Shown here: piece after piece, positions 10,050 through 21,064 of the stretch
Numbering within the stretch: the first letter of the stretch is position 1
How the letters are laid out: the number at the start of each line of letters is the position of its first letter
Program-made: the position numbers and the translations under genes
Notes under the pieces: generated by a model
What the model was told of the DNA's origin: nothing
Databases searched by the model: none
What the model saw: only the letters and a program-made list of their open reading frames with translations
Sequence record: OZ035850
DNA length: 64,000 nt
Reading direction: 5' to 3' (one strand)
Source: Escherichia phage vB_Eco_TB37

Positions 10050-10799
10050 ATGGCAAACATTATTCGTTGTAAATTACCAGATGGTGTTCATCGTTTTAAA
10101 CCATTTACGGTAGAAGATTATCGAGATTTTTTGTTAGTTCGAAACGATATAGAACATCGGTCACCACAAGAACAAAAAGAAATAATTACTGATTTAATTG
10201 ATGATTATTTTGGAGACTATCCGAAGACTTGGCAACCATTTATATTTTTGCAGGTATTTGTAGGGTCAATAGGTAAAACAAAAGTACCAGTCACATTCGT
10301 ATGTCCAAAATGTAAAAAAGAAAAGACAGTTCCATTTGAAATATACCAAAAAGAATTAAAGGAACCTGTTTTTGATGTAGCTAATGTTAAAATTAAATTA
10401 AAGTTTCCTTCTGAGTTTTATGAAAATAAAGCAAAGATGATTACTGAAAATATTCATTCTGTTCAAGTAGATGAAATTTGGTATGATTGGAAGGAAATTA
10501 GCGAGTCTAGTCAAATAGAACTCGTTGACGCCATCGAGATAGAAACATTAGAACAAATTCTCGATGCAATGAATCCTATTAATTTAACTCTACATATGTC
10601 ATGCTGTAATAAGTACATTAAAAAATACACTGATATAGTAGACGTGTTTAAGCTATTAGTTAACCCAGATGAGATATTTACTTTTTATCAAATTAATCAC
10701 ACACTCGTAAAAAGTAATTATAGCTTAAATTCAATAATGAAAATGATTCCTGCTGAGCGCGGATTCGTATTAAAACTGATTGAGAAGGATAAACAATAA
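10050..10799 (+). CDS. 51: Baseplate hub assembly protein gp51
   Basis: 249 aa; TATAAATA 18 nt upstream; order 51-27-28-29-48-54 as in T4. Confidence 0.92.
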   Translation: MANIIRCKLPDGVHRFKPFTVEDYRDFLLVRNDIEHRSPQEQKEIITDLIDDYFGDYPKTWQPFIFLQVFVGSIGKTKVPVTFVCPKCKKEKTVPFEIYQKELKEPVFDVANVKIKLKFPSEFYENKAKMITENIHSVQVDEIWYDWKEISESSQIELVDAIEIETLEQILDAMNPINLTLHMSCCNKYIKKYTDIVDVFKLLVNPDEIFTFYQINHTLVKSNYSLNSIMKMIPAERGFVLKLIEKDKQ

Positions 10800-11974
10800 T
10801 GAGTATGTTGCAACGCCCCGGATATCCAAATCTCAGCGTTAAATTATTTGATAGCTACGACGCTTGGAGTAATAATAGATTTGTTGAATTAGCTGCTACT
10901 ATTACTACATTAACTATGCGGGATTCTCTTTATGGCCGAAATGAAGGAATGCTGCAGTTTTATGATTCTAAAAACATCCATACAAAAATGGATGGAAATG
11001 AAATAATTCAGATTTCTGTAGCTAATGCAAATGATATTAATAATGTTAAAACACGAATTTATGGATGTAAGCATTTTTCAGTGTCAGTAGATTCAAAAGG
11101 TGATAACATCATTGCTATTGAATTGGGAACTATTCATTCTATAGAAAATCTTAAATTTGGTAGACCATTTTTCCCTGATGCAGGTGAATCTATAAAAGAA
11201 ATGCTTGGTGTCATTTATCAGGATCGCACATTATTAACTCCAGCAATAAATGCTATAAATGCTTATGTTCCTGATATTCCATGGACTAGCACATTTGAAA
11301 ACTATTTGTCATATGTAAGAGAAGTTGCTCTAGCTGTAGGAAGCGACAAATTTGTATTTGTATGGCAAGACATCATGGGAGTTAACATGATGGACTATGA
11401 TATGATGATAAATCAAGAACCATATCCAATGATTGTCGGTGAGCCATCTTTAATAGGTCAATTTGTCCAAGAATTAAAATACCCATTAGCATATGATTTT
11501 GTTTGGTTGACTAAATCGAATCCTCACAAACGTGACCCAATGAAAAATGCTACTATCTATGCTCATTCATTTTTAGATTCTTCACTGCCAATGATTACTA
11601 CAGGAAAGGGCGAAAACTCTATTGTAGTGTCAAGGTCAGGTGCTTATTCTGAAATGACTTATAGGAATGGATATGAAGAAGCTATTCGTCTTCAAACTAT
11701 GGCACAATATGACGGCTATGCTAAATGTTCTACTGTCGGTAATTTTAACTTGACTCCTGGTGTTAAAATTATTTTTAATGATAGTAAAAACCAATTTAAA
11801 ACAGAATTTTACGTTGATGAAGTTATCCATGAATTATCAAATAATAATTCAGTAACTCATCTTTATATGTTCACTAATGCAACGAAACTGGAAACAATAG
11901 ACCCAGTTAAGGTTAAAAATGAATTTAAATCTGATACTACCACTGAAGAAAGTAGTTCTTCCAATAAGCAATAA
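10799..11974 (+). CDS. 27: Baseplate hub protein gp27
   Basis: 391 aa, matches T4 gp27 length and position. Confidence 0.94.
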   Translation: MSMLQRPGYPNLSVKLFDSYDAWSNNRFVELAATITTLTMRDSLYGRNEGMLQFYDSKNIHTKMDGNEIIQISVANANDINNVKTRIYGCKHFSVSVDSKGDNIIAIELGTIHSIENLKFGRPFFPDAGESIKEMLGVIYQDRTLLTPAINAINAYVPDIPWTSTFENYLSYVREVALAVGSDKFVFVWQDIMGVNMMDYDMMINQEPYPMIVGEPSLIGQFVQELKYPLAYDFVWLTKSNPHKRDPMKNATIYAHSFLDSSLPMITTGKGENSIVVSRSGAYSEMTYRNGYEEAIRLQTMAQYDGYAKCSTVGNFNLTPGVKIIFNDSKNQFKTEFYVDEVIHELSNNNSVTHLYMFTNATKLETIDPVKVKNEFKSDTTTEESSSSNKQ

Positions 11975-12452
11975 AGAAGTTTCTATTCCTAAAATGGGTC
12001 TTAAACATTATAACATTTTAAAGGATGTTAAAGGTCCTGATGAAAATTTAAAACTTCTTATTGATTCTATTTGTCCGAATTTATCACCGGCAGAAGTTGA
12101 TTTCGTTTCTATTCATTTATTGGAATTTAATGGAAAGATTAAATCTCGTAAAGAAATAGATGGCTATACTTATGACATTAATGATGTCTATGTATGCCAA
12201 AGATTGGAATTTCAATACCAAGGAAATACATTTTATTTTAGACCTCCTGGAAAATTTGAACAATTTTTAACGGTGAGCGATATGTTATCTAAATGCTTAC
12301 TTAAGGTCAATGATGAAGTTAAAGAAATTAATTTTCTTGAGATGCCAGCATTCGTTTTAAAATGGGCAAATGATATTTTTACAACTTTAGCAATTCCTGG
12401 CCCTAATGGTCCAATAACTGGAATTGGCAATATTATTGGATTATTTGAATGA
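11919..12452 (+). CDS. 28: Baseplate hub distal protein gp28
   Basis: 177 aa; overlaps gene 27 3' end by 56 nt in a different frame. Confidence 0.88.
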   Translation: MNLNLILPLKKVVLPISNKEVSIPKMGLKHYNILKDVKGPDENLKLLIDSICPNLSPAEVDFVSIHLLEFNGKIKSRKEIDGYTYDINDVYVCQRLEFQYQGNTFYFRPPGKFEQFLTVSDMLSKCLLKVNDEVKEINFLEMPAFVLKWANDIFTTLAIPGPNGPITGIGNIIGLFE

Positions 12453-14221
12453 AAAAGCCACAAGAAATGCAAACGATGCGTAGAAAAGTTATTTCAGATA
12501 ATAAACCAACACAGGAAGCGGCTAAATCTGCTTCTAACACTTTATCTGGACTTAATGATATATCTACGAAATTGGATGATACTCAAGCTGCTTCTGAATT
12601 AATAGCTCAAACTGTCGAAGAAAAATCGAATGAAATAGTTGGAGCAATTGGTAACGTAGAAAGCGCAGTGAGTGATACTACTGCCGGTTCTGAGTTAATT
12701 GCTGAAACTGTCGAAATTGGCAACAATATTAATAAAGAAATCGGTGAATCACTCGGAAGCAAATTAGATAAATTAACGAGTTTATTAGAACAAAAAATTC
12801 AGACAGCTGGAATTCAACAGACTGGGACTAGTTTAGCTACAGTTGAAAGCGCTATTCCTGTTAAAGTCGTTGAGGATGATACTGCTGAATCTGTGGGTCC
12901 TTTATTACCGGCTCCCGAAGCAGTTAATAATGATCCTGACGCTGATTTTTTCCCTACCCCTCAGCCAGTTGAGCCAAAGCAAGAATCACCAGAAGAAAAA
13001 CAGAAAAAAGAAGCATTTAACTTAAAATTATCTCAAGCTTTAGATAAATTAACAAAGACAGTTGATTTTGGATTTAAGAAATCCATTTCAATTAGTGATA
13101 AAATATCAAGCATGTTATTTAAGTACACCATCAGTGCTGCTATTGAAGCTGCTAAAATGACTGCAATGATATTGGCTGTTGTTATTGGAATAGACTTGCT
13201 GATGGTTCATTTTAAATATTGGTCAGATAAATTTTCAAAAGCCTGGGATTTATTTAATACTGACTTTACTAAATTCTCTAGCGAAACCGGAACATGGGGT
13301 CCTTTATTACAGAGCATCTTTGATTCTATTGATAAAATTAAACAACTTTGGGAAGCGGGAGATTGGGGTGGATTGACAGCAGCTATTGTTGAAGGACTCG
13401 GAAGTGTTCTTTTTAATTTAGGTGAACTTATTCAATTAGGTATGGCTAAATTATCTGCTGCAATTCTTCGAGTCATTCCTGGTATGAAGGATACTGCTGA
13501 TGAAGTAGAAGGAAGAGCATTAGAAAATTTCCAAAATTCTACTGGAGCATCTCTCAATAAAGAAGACCAGGAAAAAGTTGCAAATTATCAAGATAAACGA
13601 ATGAATGGAGACCTTGGTCCGATAGCAAAAGGATTAGATAAAATTGCTAATTGGAAAACTCGTGCATCTAATTGGATTCGTGGGGTTGATAATAAAGAAG
13701 CACTAACTACCGACGAAGAGCGTGCGGCAGAAGAAGAAAAATTAAAGCAACTTTCACCTGAAGAAAGAAAAAATGCTTTAATGAAGGCTAATGAAGCCCG
13801 TGCCGCAATGATTCGCTTTGAAAAATATGCTGATTCAGCTGATATGAGTAAAGACTCAACGGTTAAATCAGTTGAAGCTGCCTATGAAGACCTTAAAAAA
13901 CGGATGGATGACCCGGATTTAAATAATTCACCGGCAGTTAAAAAAGAACTTGCTGCTAGATTTTCTAAAATTGATGCTACTTATCAAGAGCTCAAGAAAA
14001 ATCAGCCTAATGCCAAACCTGAAACTTCTGCTAAATCACCAGAAGCGAAACAAGTCCAGGTGATTGAAAAGAACAAAGCACAGCAAGCTCCTGTTCAACA
14101 AGCATCTCCTTCAATCAATAATACTAATAATGTTATTAAGAAAAATACTGTCGTTCATAATATGACACCCGTAACGAGCACAACTGCTCCTGGTGTATTT
14201 GATGCGACTGGAGTTAATTAA
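12449..14221 (+). CDS. 29: Tail length tape-measure / baseplate hub protein gp29
   Basis: 590 aa; ATGA overlap with gene 28; length as T4 gp29. Confidence 0.93.
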   Translation: MKKPQEMQTMRRKVISDNKPTQEAAKSASNTLSGLNDISTKLDDTQAASELIAQTVEEKSNEIVGAIGNVESAVSDTTAGSELIAETVEIGNNINKEIGESLGSKLDKLTSLLEQKIQTAGIQQTGTSLATVESAIPVKVVEDDTAESVGPLLPAPEAVNNDPDADFFPTPQPVEPKQESPEEKQKKEAFNLKLSQALDKLTKTVDFGFKKSISISDKISSMLFKYTISAAIEAAKMTAMILAVVIGIDLLMVHFKYWSDKFSKAWDLFNTDFTKFSSETGTWGPLLQSIFDSIDKIKQLWEAGDWGGLTAAIVEGLGSVLFNLGELIQLGMAKLSAAILRVIPGMKDTADEVEGRALENFQNSTGASLNKEDQEKVANYQDKRMNGDLGPIAKGLDKIANWKTRASNWIRGVDNKEALTTDEERAAEEEKLKQLSPEERKNALMKANEARAAMIRFEKYADSADMSKDSTVKSVEAAYEDLKKRMDDPDLNNSPAVKKELAARFSKIDATYQELKKNQPNAKPETSAKSPEAKQVQVIEKNKAQQAPVQQASPSINNTNNVIKKNTVVHNMTPVTSTTAPGVFDATGVN

Positions 14222-14229
14222 GGAATAAT

Positions 14230-15324
14230 ATGGCAATTGTTAAAGAAATAACTGCTGATTTAATTAAAAAGTCCGGTGAGAAAATTTCAGCCGGACAGAG
14301 TACTAAATCAGAAGTAGGAACTAAAACATACACTGCCCAGTTTCCAACTGGGCGTGCTAGTGGTAATGACACTACAGGGGACTTCCAGGTAACAGATCTA
14401 TATAAGAATGGATTATTATTTACTGCATACAATATGTCATCTAGGGATTCTGGAAGTCTTAGATCGATGAGATCTAATTACTCTTCTTCATCTTCGAGTA
14501 TTTTACGTACAGCTAGAAACACTATTAGTAGTACAGTATCAAAACTATCAAATGGATTAATATCAAATAATAATTCAGGAACAATAAGTAAAGCTCCTAT
14601 CGCAAACATTCTTTTACCGAGATCTAAATCTGATGTTGATACATCATCACATAGATTTAATGATGTTCAAGAAAGCCTTATCAGTAGAGGCGGAGGTACT
14701 GCTACTGGTGTGCTAAGTAATATTGCTTCAACCGCAGTATTTGGGGCACTGGAAAGTATAACACAAGGTATAATGGCTGATAATAATGAACAGATTTATA
14801 CGACAGCCAGAAGTATGTATGGTGGTGCTGAAAATAGAACTAAAGTGTTTACATGGGATTTGACTCCACGTTCAACAGAAGATTTAATGGCTATTATTAA
14901 TATCTATCAGTATTTTAACTATTTTTCTTATGGTGAAACGGGTAAATCTCAATATGCTGCTGAAATAAAGGGATATTTAGATGATTGGTATCGTTCTACG
15001 TTAATTGAACCTTTATCTCCGGAAGACGCAGCTAAAAATAAAACACTATTTGAGAAAATGACATCGAGTTTAACTAACGTTCTAGTAGTTTCAAACCCGA
15101 CAGTTTGGATGGTGAAAAACTTTGGTGCAACATCTAAGTTTGATGGAAAAACGGAAATATTCGGTCCATGTCAAATCCAGAGTATCAGATTTGATAAAAC
15201 ACCTAATGGTAACTTTAACGGATTAGCTATTGCTCCAAACCTCCCTAGTACATTTACTCTTGAGATTACTATGAGAGAAATTATCACGTTAAACCGTGCT
15301 TCTTTATATGCGGGGACTTTTTAA
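14230..15324 (+). CDS. 48: Baseplate tail-tube junction protein gp48
   Basis: 364 aa, position and length as T4 gp48. Confidence 0.93.
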   Translation: MAIVKEITADLIKKSGEKISAGQSTKSEVGTKTYTAQFPTGRASGNDTTGDFQVTDLYKNGLLFTAYNMSSRDSGSLRSMRSNYSSSSSSILRTARNTISSTVSKLSNGLISNNNSGTISKAPIANILLPRSKSDVDTSSHRFNDVQESLISRGGGTATGVLSNIASTAVFGALESITQGIMADNNEQIYTTARSMYGGAENRTKVFTWDLTPRSTEDLMAIINIYQYFNYFSYGETGKSQYAAEIKGYLDDWYRSTLIEPLSPEDAAKNKTLFEKMTSSLTNVLVVSNPTVWMVKNFGATSKFDGKTEIFGPCQIQSIRFDKTPNGNFNGLAIAPNLPSTFTLEITMREIITLNRASLYAGTF

Positions 15325-16289
15325 TGTATTCTTTAGAGGAATTTAATAATCAAGCAATAAACGCAGATTTCCAACGTAATAATATGTTTAGCTGCGTTTT
15401 TGCGACAACTCCATCAACTAAAAGCTCTTCGTTGATAAGTTCAATTAGCAACTTTTCTTATAATAACTTGGGCCTAAATTCAGATTGGTTAGGATTGACT
15501 CAAGGTGATATTAATCAGGGAATTACCACGCTAATTACTGCTGGCACACAAAAACTGATAAGAAAATCAGGGGTTAGTAAATATCTTATTGGTGCCATGA
15601 GTCAACGTACAGTTCAAAGTTTATTAGGCTCATTTACAGTTGGTACATATTTAATTGACTTCTTTAATATGGCATATAACTCATCTGGATTGATGATATA
15701 TTCAGTAAAAATGCCAGAGAATAGATTATCCTATGAAACTGACTGGAACTATAATTCTCCTAATATTCGTATAACTGGGAGAGAATTAGACCCTTTGGTT
15801 ATTTCATTTAGAATGGATTCAGAAGCATGTAACTATCGTGCAATGCAAGACTGGGTTAACGCTGTTCAAGACCCAGTAACTGGATTACGCGCTTTGCCAC
15901 AAGATGTCGAGGCAGATATTCAGGTTAATCTTCATTCTCGCAATGGATTACCTCATACTGCGGTGATGTTCACAGGATGCATTCCAATATCAGTGAGCGC
16001 TCCTGAGTTATCATATGATGGAGATAACCAAATAACTACATTTGATGTTACTTTTGCGTACAGAGTGATGCAGGCTGGAGCAGTTGATAGGCAAGCTGCG
16101 CTTGAATGGCTTGAATCTGCTGCTATAAATGGTATTCAAAGCGTTCTCGGAAATAGTGGAGGTGTTACTGGACTATCTAATTCGCTTTCACGACTTAGTA
16201 GATTAGGAGGGACTGCTGGAAGCATTTCAAACATTAATACTATGACAGGAATTGTTAATTCGCAGAGTAAAATATTAGGAGCAATATAA
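15324..16289 (+). CDS. 54: Baseplate tail-tube initiator gp54
   Basis: 321 aa; followed by a GC hairpin terminator. Confidence 0.93.
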   Translation: MYSLEEFNNQAINADFQRNNMFSCVFATTPSTKSSSLISSISNFSYNNLGLNSDWLGLTQGDINQGITTLITAGTQKLIRKSGVSKYLIGAMSQRTVQSLLGSFTVGTYLIDFFNMAYNSSGLMIYSVKMPENRLSYETDWNYNSPNIRITGRELDPLVISFRMDSEACNYRAMQDWVNAVQDPVTGLRALPQDVEADIQVNLHSRNGLPHTAVMFTGCIPISVSAPELSYDGDNQITTFDVTFAYRVMQAGAVDRQAALEWLESAAINGIQSVLGNSGGVTGLSNSLSRLSRLGGTAGSISNINTMTGIVNSQSKILGAI

Positions 16290-16291
16290 CA

Positions 16292-16324
16292 ATGGGGACC
16301 GAAAGGTCCCCATATTTTTATTTA
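16292..16324. terminator. Terminator between gene 54 and the convergent early ORF
   Basis: GGGGACC-GAAA-GGTCCCC hairpin followed by ATATTTTTATTT. Confidence 0.75.
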
Positions 16325-16608
16325 CGGAATGAAATGAAAGCAGAAACTGAAGCAACTAAACTGTCTTCAATATAAACTTCAATTTTTACCGGAGCTTCTG
16401 ACTCGAATTTACCTGTTACTACACCTTGGAAAATACTTTCAGTTTGTTCTGGCTTTGAAAAATTTTCAGAAGGAAAAATTCCGAACTTTTTATCTGTTCC
16501 AAAAATTTTGATAAATTCATCATAAACTGCTTCATTAAAAGCATTATCAGCAGGAATAACGCCTTCAACTACAAGTTCTTGACCTAAAAAGCGCAAAGAA
16601 GATTTCAT
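16318..16608 (-). CDS. Hypothetical protein (T4 alt.-3 position)
   Basis: 96-aa ORF directly downstream of an early promoter. Confidence 0.6.
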   Translation of the reverse strand: MKSSLRFLGQELVVEGVIPADNAFNEAVYDEFIKIFGTDKKFGIFPSENFSKPEQTESIFQGVVTGKFESEAPVKIEVYIEDSLVASVSAFISFRK

Positions 16609-16629
16609 TTTGTGTTCCTCATGTTATGT

Positions 16630-16672
16630 CAGTAAGACTACTATAACACAACACGAGGGACTTGTAAACTAC
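16630..16672 (-). promoter_or_regulatory. Early promoter upstream of the alt.-3-position ORF
   Basis: Minus strand reads GTTTACA, 17-nt spacer, TTATAGT; 54 bp near-identical to the alc promoter region. Confidence 0.6.
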
Positions 16673-18726
16673 ATCTTGAACTTTTTAGACATTCCGTTGA
16701 TGTTAACCAAAGAAGCCAAGATTTGAGAAACTTCGTTTTCCTCTTCTTTTGATTCTTCTACAAGGAATTGATTAAATCCAGCCATTGGACGAACTTCACC
16801 AGTTTCCATTAAATGGTCGCCATCATATACTGATTCTTCTAATTGTTCAGAAGGAGGAACGATTGTACCTTCGATTAGATACTTGTTATAAGCAGTTTCT
16901 TTCATAAAGTACGTACTTACTTTATTAATCTTCAGTAAAATTCCACGCGGTAGAATAACTTCAGCTTCTGATGGAAATCCTGATAAATGACCTGGAACGA
17001 TAACTTTGATTCGCTCAGCTCCTTTAATTACCATACCCACGCTAGTTTCAGCATCTTCAATGGCATATGTAGAATGACTACCCATATGCATTAAATCTTC
17101 TGCATCAACGGAACCTTCTCCTTCGCCAGAAAATACTGCGCCGGAATCATCTAGAGCCATATAGTTTTTACCATGCTCACCGAAGATATTTGGTTTAAGT
17201 GATGTCGATACGAAGTTCTTGAAATAGAACATTTTGTTTTCAATGTTATGACGCAAAGTTTTAAAGGTAACTTCTTGTCCACGGTAAAGTGTAGTTCCTG
17301 GAGGAAGAACTGATCCTTTGGCAAAGGCAGAATCCAACGTCTCGATGTGCTTAATAGCTCGTTCCATATATTCTTCACGGGTAGAATCTGGTTTACCCAA
17401 AAGGAACGAGTTCATTTCAACATATGAATCTGCACAATAATCTTCAATTACATCAGATTCAGCTTGGGTTAATCCTTTTGGAGTTACTTCGGTGCTTGCG
17501 TATTCATATGCCTGGGCAGCAGATTCATTAATCAATTTATAAATGCCATTCATGACAAATTGAATAATAGCTGTCTTTTCATCTGGCGTAGCTTTAGAAC
17601 CTTTAACTAAATCATTAATAATTTTCTTAATAACATCAAAGCTATTAGAAATATTAATGTCAGCAAGATCGCTTAAAATTTTATCAGTTTTATAATCAAA
17701 GAATTCTTTATTCTTTAAATATTCTTGAGAACCTTGATATGTTATATCGCTCTGCAACTTGATAGATGGATCACGTAAACGTGCATGGGCTAATGCAATA
17801 TGATTTCGGAAGTTTTCTAGTTCATAATCGTTAGATTTAAAACGAGAAGCACTTCTCATACCACCGATAGCTCCTTTGCTAAAGTTTGAACCAATCTGGA
17901 TAACCCCGGAGTTCATCGGACCTTCTGCTTTATATACCGGAACTTTAGATTCAAACTCTTGATATTTCTTGGCAGCGAAGCTATCACCCTGGAGTGAAGC
18001 ATCAACAGTAGAATATTGAGCTTGTGCTGCTAATCGACGACTAATTTTAGTTTTCTGAATAACAGCTTGATCCGTGCGCTTATCATTTTCTAAAGCAATA
18101 GAAGCAGCAACAGCAACAGCTTTAGGAACAGCATTACCTGTTTTAACGTCTACATAAACATCACCAACCTTTGATTCAACTTTTGTGAATAACTCAGTTG
18201 AAATAGGAGGTACACCTGGAATGTCTTCTAAATTGGCATTTTTACGGTAAACCATAATATATGCATATTTCTTATCATAGTCCCAGATTTCCTTTAAGAG
18301 AACATATCGACCTGCTCCTTTAGTACGTACTAAACGGTCAGCAATAACTTGCATTTGACGAGCTGCGCCATTTGTTTTACTCTTTAGTACGCGGAATAGG
18401 CATGCGTCGATTTTATACTGTTTCATTGTTTGAAGAGCAGTATCAAAAACAGCATTAATGACGCCAATTGGATTTCCACCCAAGTTTCTAAGCTTAACCA
18501 GCGATAATTTCTCGTTGACACCTATCATTACGATATGCATCATTTTATCGCCCGGCTTAACGTTTTTATTTGTATCACCGCCAGAGGTGTATGTACAAAA
18601 TCTAAATCCAGGAAGCACGCTTTCTTCACCGGCTTGAATAGCAAAAATTTGAGGTATTTTATGCTTAGGATTTAAGTTAACAACCGGCGCCGAAGCGCCG
18701 TCAAATAATTCTGTAATAAGTTCCAT
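16669..18726 (-). CDS. Alt-like ADP-ribosyltransferase, second paralog
   Basis: 685 aa; N-terminus MELITELFD…; R-S-ExE signature read as YRGQ, FVSTSL, EAEVILPRG. Confidence 0.85.
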   Translation of the reverse strand: MELITELFDGASAPVVNLNPKHKIPQIFAIQAGEESVLPGFRFCTYTSGGDTNKNVKPGDKMMHIVMIGVNEKLSLVKLRNLGGNPIGVINAVFDTALQTMKQYKIDACLFRVLKSKTNGAARQMQVIADRLVRTKGAGRYVLLKEIWDYDKKYAYIMVYRKNANLEDIPGVPPISTELFTKVESKVGDVYVDVKTGNAVPKAVAVAASIALENDKRTDQAVIQKTKISRRLAAQAQYSTVDASLQGDSFAAKKYQEFESKVPVYKAEGPMNSGVIQIGSNFSKGAIGGMRSASRFKSNDYELENFRNHIALAHARLRDPSIKLQSDITYQGSQEYLKNKEFFDYKTDKILSDLADINISNSFDVIKKIINDLVKGSKATPDEKTAIIQFVMNGIYKLINESAAQAYEYASTEVTPKGLTQAESDVIEDYCADSYVEMNSFLLGKPDSTREEYMERAIKHIETLDSAFAKGSVLPPGTTLYRGQEVTFKTLRHNIENKMFYFKNFVSTSLKPNIFGEHGKNYMALDDSGAVFSGEGEGSVDAEDLMHMGSHSTYAIEDAETSVGMVIKGAERIKVIVPGHLSGFPSEAEVILPRGILLKINKVSTYFMKETAYNKYLIEGTIVPPSEQLEESVYDGDHLMETGEVRPMAGFNQFLVEESKEEENEVSQILASLVNINGMSKKFKM

Positions 18727-18729
18727 GAT

Positions 18730-20826
18730 TTATCCTTGAACGAACTTGTAAGGCATGTTTGTAATATCTATGCAAGACGCAATAATTCCAAGAGATGATT
18801 CTACTTTCTGTTTAATATTTGATGAAACAAATGATGCAAAGTCAACTCTGTCTTCTATTTCAATATCACCTGTCATTGCAACTACTTCGCCGGTTTCCAT
18901 TAAACGGTCTCCGTCATAGATTACCGATTCGGTGAGTTCTTCCGTGGTCATAACTTCAGCTTGAATGAGTTTTGTATTATTAGATGTTGTTCCGTCATTA
19001 TTAGAAGCATCGGTTATTTTATTAACTTTGACCATCAATCCGCGCGGTAGAATAACTTCAGCTTCTGTTGCTATTCCGAGACTTCCTGGATATACAACAT
19101 TAACTTTATGAGCTCCATCAATTGCCCATCCTATTTGAACTTTAACGTATTCAGGATTTTCTTTATACGCTCTTATTTCGTTTGGATTAATAGTTATTCC
19201 TTCTTCATTTTTATCAACTGTTAATTCATTACGAGCTTCTGGTTCTAAAAGACCAATACCAGCATGTGTAATTCCAAAACGTCCAAAAATGATAGGAGTT
19301 AAAGAAGTAGATACAAAATTTCTGAAATAGAACACTTTATTTTTAACTAGTGCTTCGTATATAGGAGCAGTCATACTTTGAGCACGATAAACTGTAATGC
19401 CTTCCGGTATGCGGTCACCATTTTCAAAAGCTGAATCTAAATTATTTATAGCAGATTCAATTTCTTTTTCACTCATTACATCATATCGTTCTGGATTGTA
19501 ACGACCTAAAAGAAGATTATTAATGTCTGTATATCCTGAACCGCAATATTCTCTAATGCCACGCTTTTGTGATGGAGTATATTTAGAACCATCACGGGCA
19601 ATAGTAATATCAATCATTGGACCAGCACCAATTCCAGAAAAGCTATAAATCATTCGTTTGAGGAATTTAGTTTTTGCTGCATTCCAGGCATTTTTAGTTA
19701 TTTCTCCCCAGACTTCATCTGGCTGCCCTTTACGAGTTTTATTATGTTTATCAAGCCAATTATCTTTATATTCTTCAAAGAGTTGATTAACAGCTGCTGC
19801 GTATTTCTCTAAACATTTTATTGAAGTAGTTGGTTCATTTTTAATCGCATTAAGAATTACATCTTTAATTTTTTCAGAAACTTCATTAACCTCACTTTTT
19901 GAAAAGAATTTATAGTCATAATGAAGTTCATTCGCAGTTCCTTCGGCAATAATTTTTGCTGCCTTAGTTTTAGAAGCTAATGAATTAATTCCAAGCTTCA
20001 TTTCTTCTGCTTCGGGAATTAAAGGAGCGGTAGCAGGTTTATTGAAATTAGCTGCGGTAGATTCATACTTCTGGAATAATTCACTTTCAAATCTAGAAGA
20101 TTCCAATGATTGACTTTGCGCAATTGCTCTACGGGAAATTTTAACTTTAACGATTACAGCTTGGTCAGAACGTTTATCATTTTCTTGTGCAATAGATGCT
20201 GCAATTGCCTCATTTTTAGTTACTTGAGCTCCAGTATCTTTATTGATATAAACATCGCCGACTTTCGATTCAACTTTAGTAAAGAGCTCGGTACTAATTT
20301 CCGGAACTCCTGGAATGTCTTCTAGTGATACATTTTTGCGATGTATAAGAATATATGCATACTTTTTATCATAATCCCAGAGTTCCTTAAGAAGGACGTA
20401 TCTGCCACCTGAACGACTACGGATAAGTCTATCAGCAATAACTTGAATTTGTCGAGCTTGACCAGCGGTTTTAGACTTAAGAATACGAAGCATACAAGCA
20501 TCAATTTTATACTGACGCATTGTTTGCATTGCAACAGTAAAAACTGAATTGATATAATTAATTGGGCTTGGACCGAGACCTTTTAATTTAGCAATTGAAC
20601 CTTTGGCAGTTAATGTAAAAGGAACAATATGCATCATTTTATCGCCCATCTTTAAATCGCGATTAGTATCACCTCCAGATGTATAGGTACATAAACGAAA
20701 TCCTGGTTGTTCAATTGCATCATCAACGTGAACTGAAAAAATTTGTGGTATTTTCTTCTTTGGATTTAAGTTTGTAATCGGAAGAGTAGTATCTTCGTCA
20801 AATAATTCTGTAATGAGTTCCATCAT
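18730..20826 (-). CDS. alt: Alt ADP-ribosyltransferase (packaged, injected)
   Basis: 698 aa; N-terminal 200 aa nearly identical to T4 Alt; YRAQ, FVSTSL, EAEVILPRG motifs; late promoter upstream. Confidence 0.9.
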   Translation of the reverse strand: MMELITELFDEDTTLPITNLNPKKKIPQIFSVHVDDAIEQPGFRLCTYTSGGDTNRDLKMGDKMMHIVPFTLTAKGSIAKLKGLGPSPINYINSVFTVAMQTMRQYKIDACMLRILKSKTAGQARQIQVIADRLIRSRSGGRYVLLKELWDYDKKYAYILIHRKNVSLEDIPGVPEISTELFTKVESKVGDVYINKDTGAQVTKNEAIAASIAQENDKRSDQAVIVKVKISRRAIAQSQSLESSRFESELFQKYESTAANFNKPATAPLIPEAEEMKLGINSLASKTKAAKIIAEGTANELHYDYKFFSKSEVNEVSEKIKDVILNAIKNEPTTSIKCLEKYAAAVNQLFEEYKDNWLDKHNKTRKGQPDEVWGEITKNAWNAAKTKFLKRMIYSFSGIGAGPMIDITIARDGSKYTPSQKRGIREYCGSGYTDINNLLLGRYNPERYDVMSEKEIESAINNLDSAFENGDRIPEGITVYRAQSMTAPIYEALVKNKVFYFRNFVSTSLTPIIFGRFGITHAGIGLLEPEARNELTVDKNEEGITINPNEIRAYKENPEYVKVQIGWAIDGAHKVNVVYPGSLGIATEAEVILPRGLMVKVNKITDASNNDGTTSNNTKLIQAEVMTTEELTESVIYDGDRLMETGEVVAMTGDIEIEDRVDFASFVSSNIKQKVESSLGIIASCIDITNMPYKFVQG

Positions 20827-20846
20827 ATCCTCTCTAGTGTTTATTC

Positions 20847-20854
20847 TATTTATA
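20847..20854 (-). promoter_or_regulatory. Late promoter (TATAAATA) for alt
   Basis: TATAAATA on the minus strand about 21 nt upstream of the alt ATG; AGAGAGGA RBS between. Confidence 0.6.
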
Positions 20855-20875
20855 AAATTAAAGGCCCGAAGGCCT

Positions 20876-21064
20876 TTAATAATCTATTGGTAAGAGAGTA
20901 CGATATATTTCAAACTTTGGACCTTTTTCATAAGCATCAAAAGTTTCTGTGAATTTATTATAAGCATATGCATCTATAAATTCAATCATGATTTGTGATA
21001 CAGAAGTAGAAACATCTCCACCTTCTTTTTGAGCCACGACAATTGTTTCTAAGTAAGCTTTCAT
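20876..21064 (-). CDS. Hypothetical protein
   Basis: 62-aa ORF between gene 30 and alt; stop lies within a GC hairpin. Confidence 0.45.
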   Translation of the reverse strand: MKAYLETIVVAQKEGGDVSTSVSQIMIEFIDAYAYNKFTETFDAYEKGPKFEIYRTLLPIDY

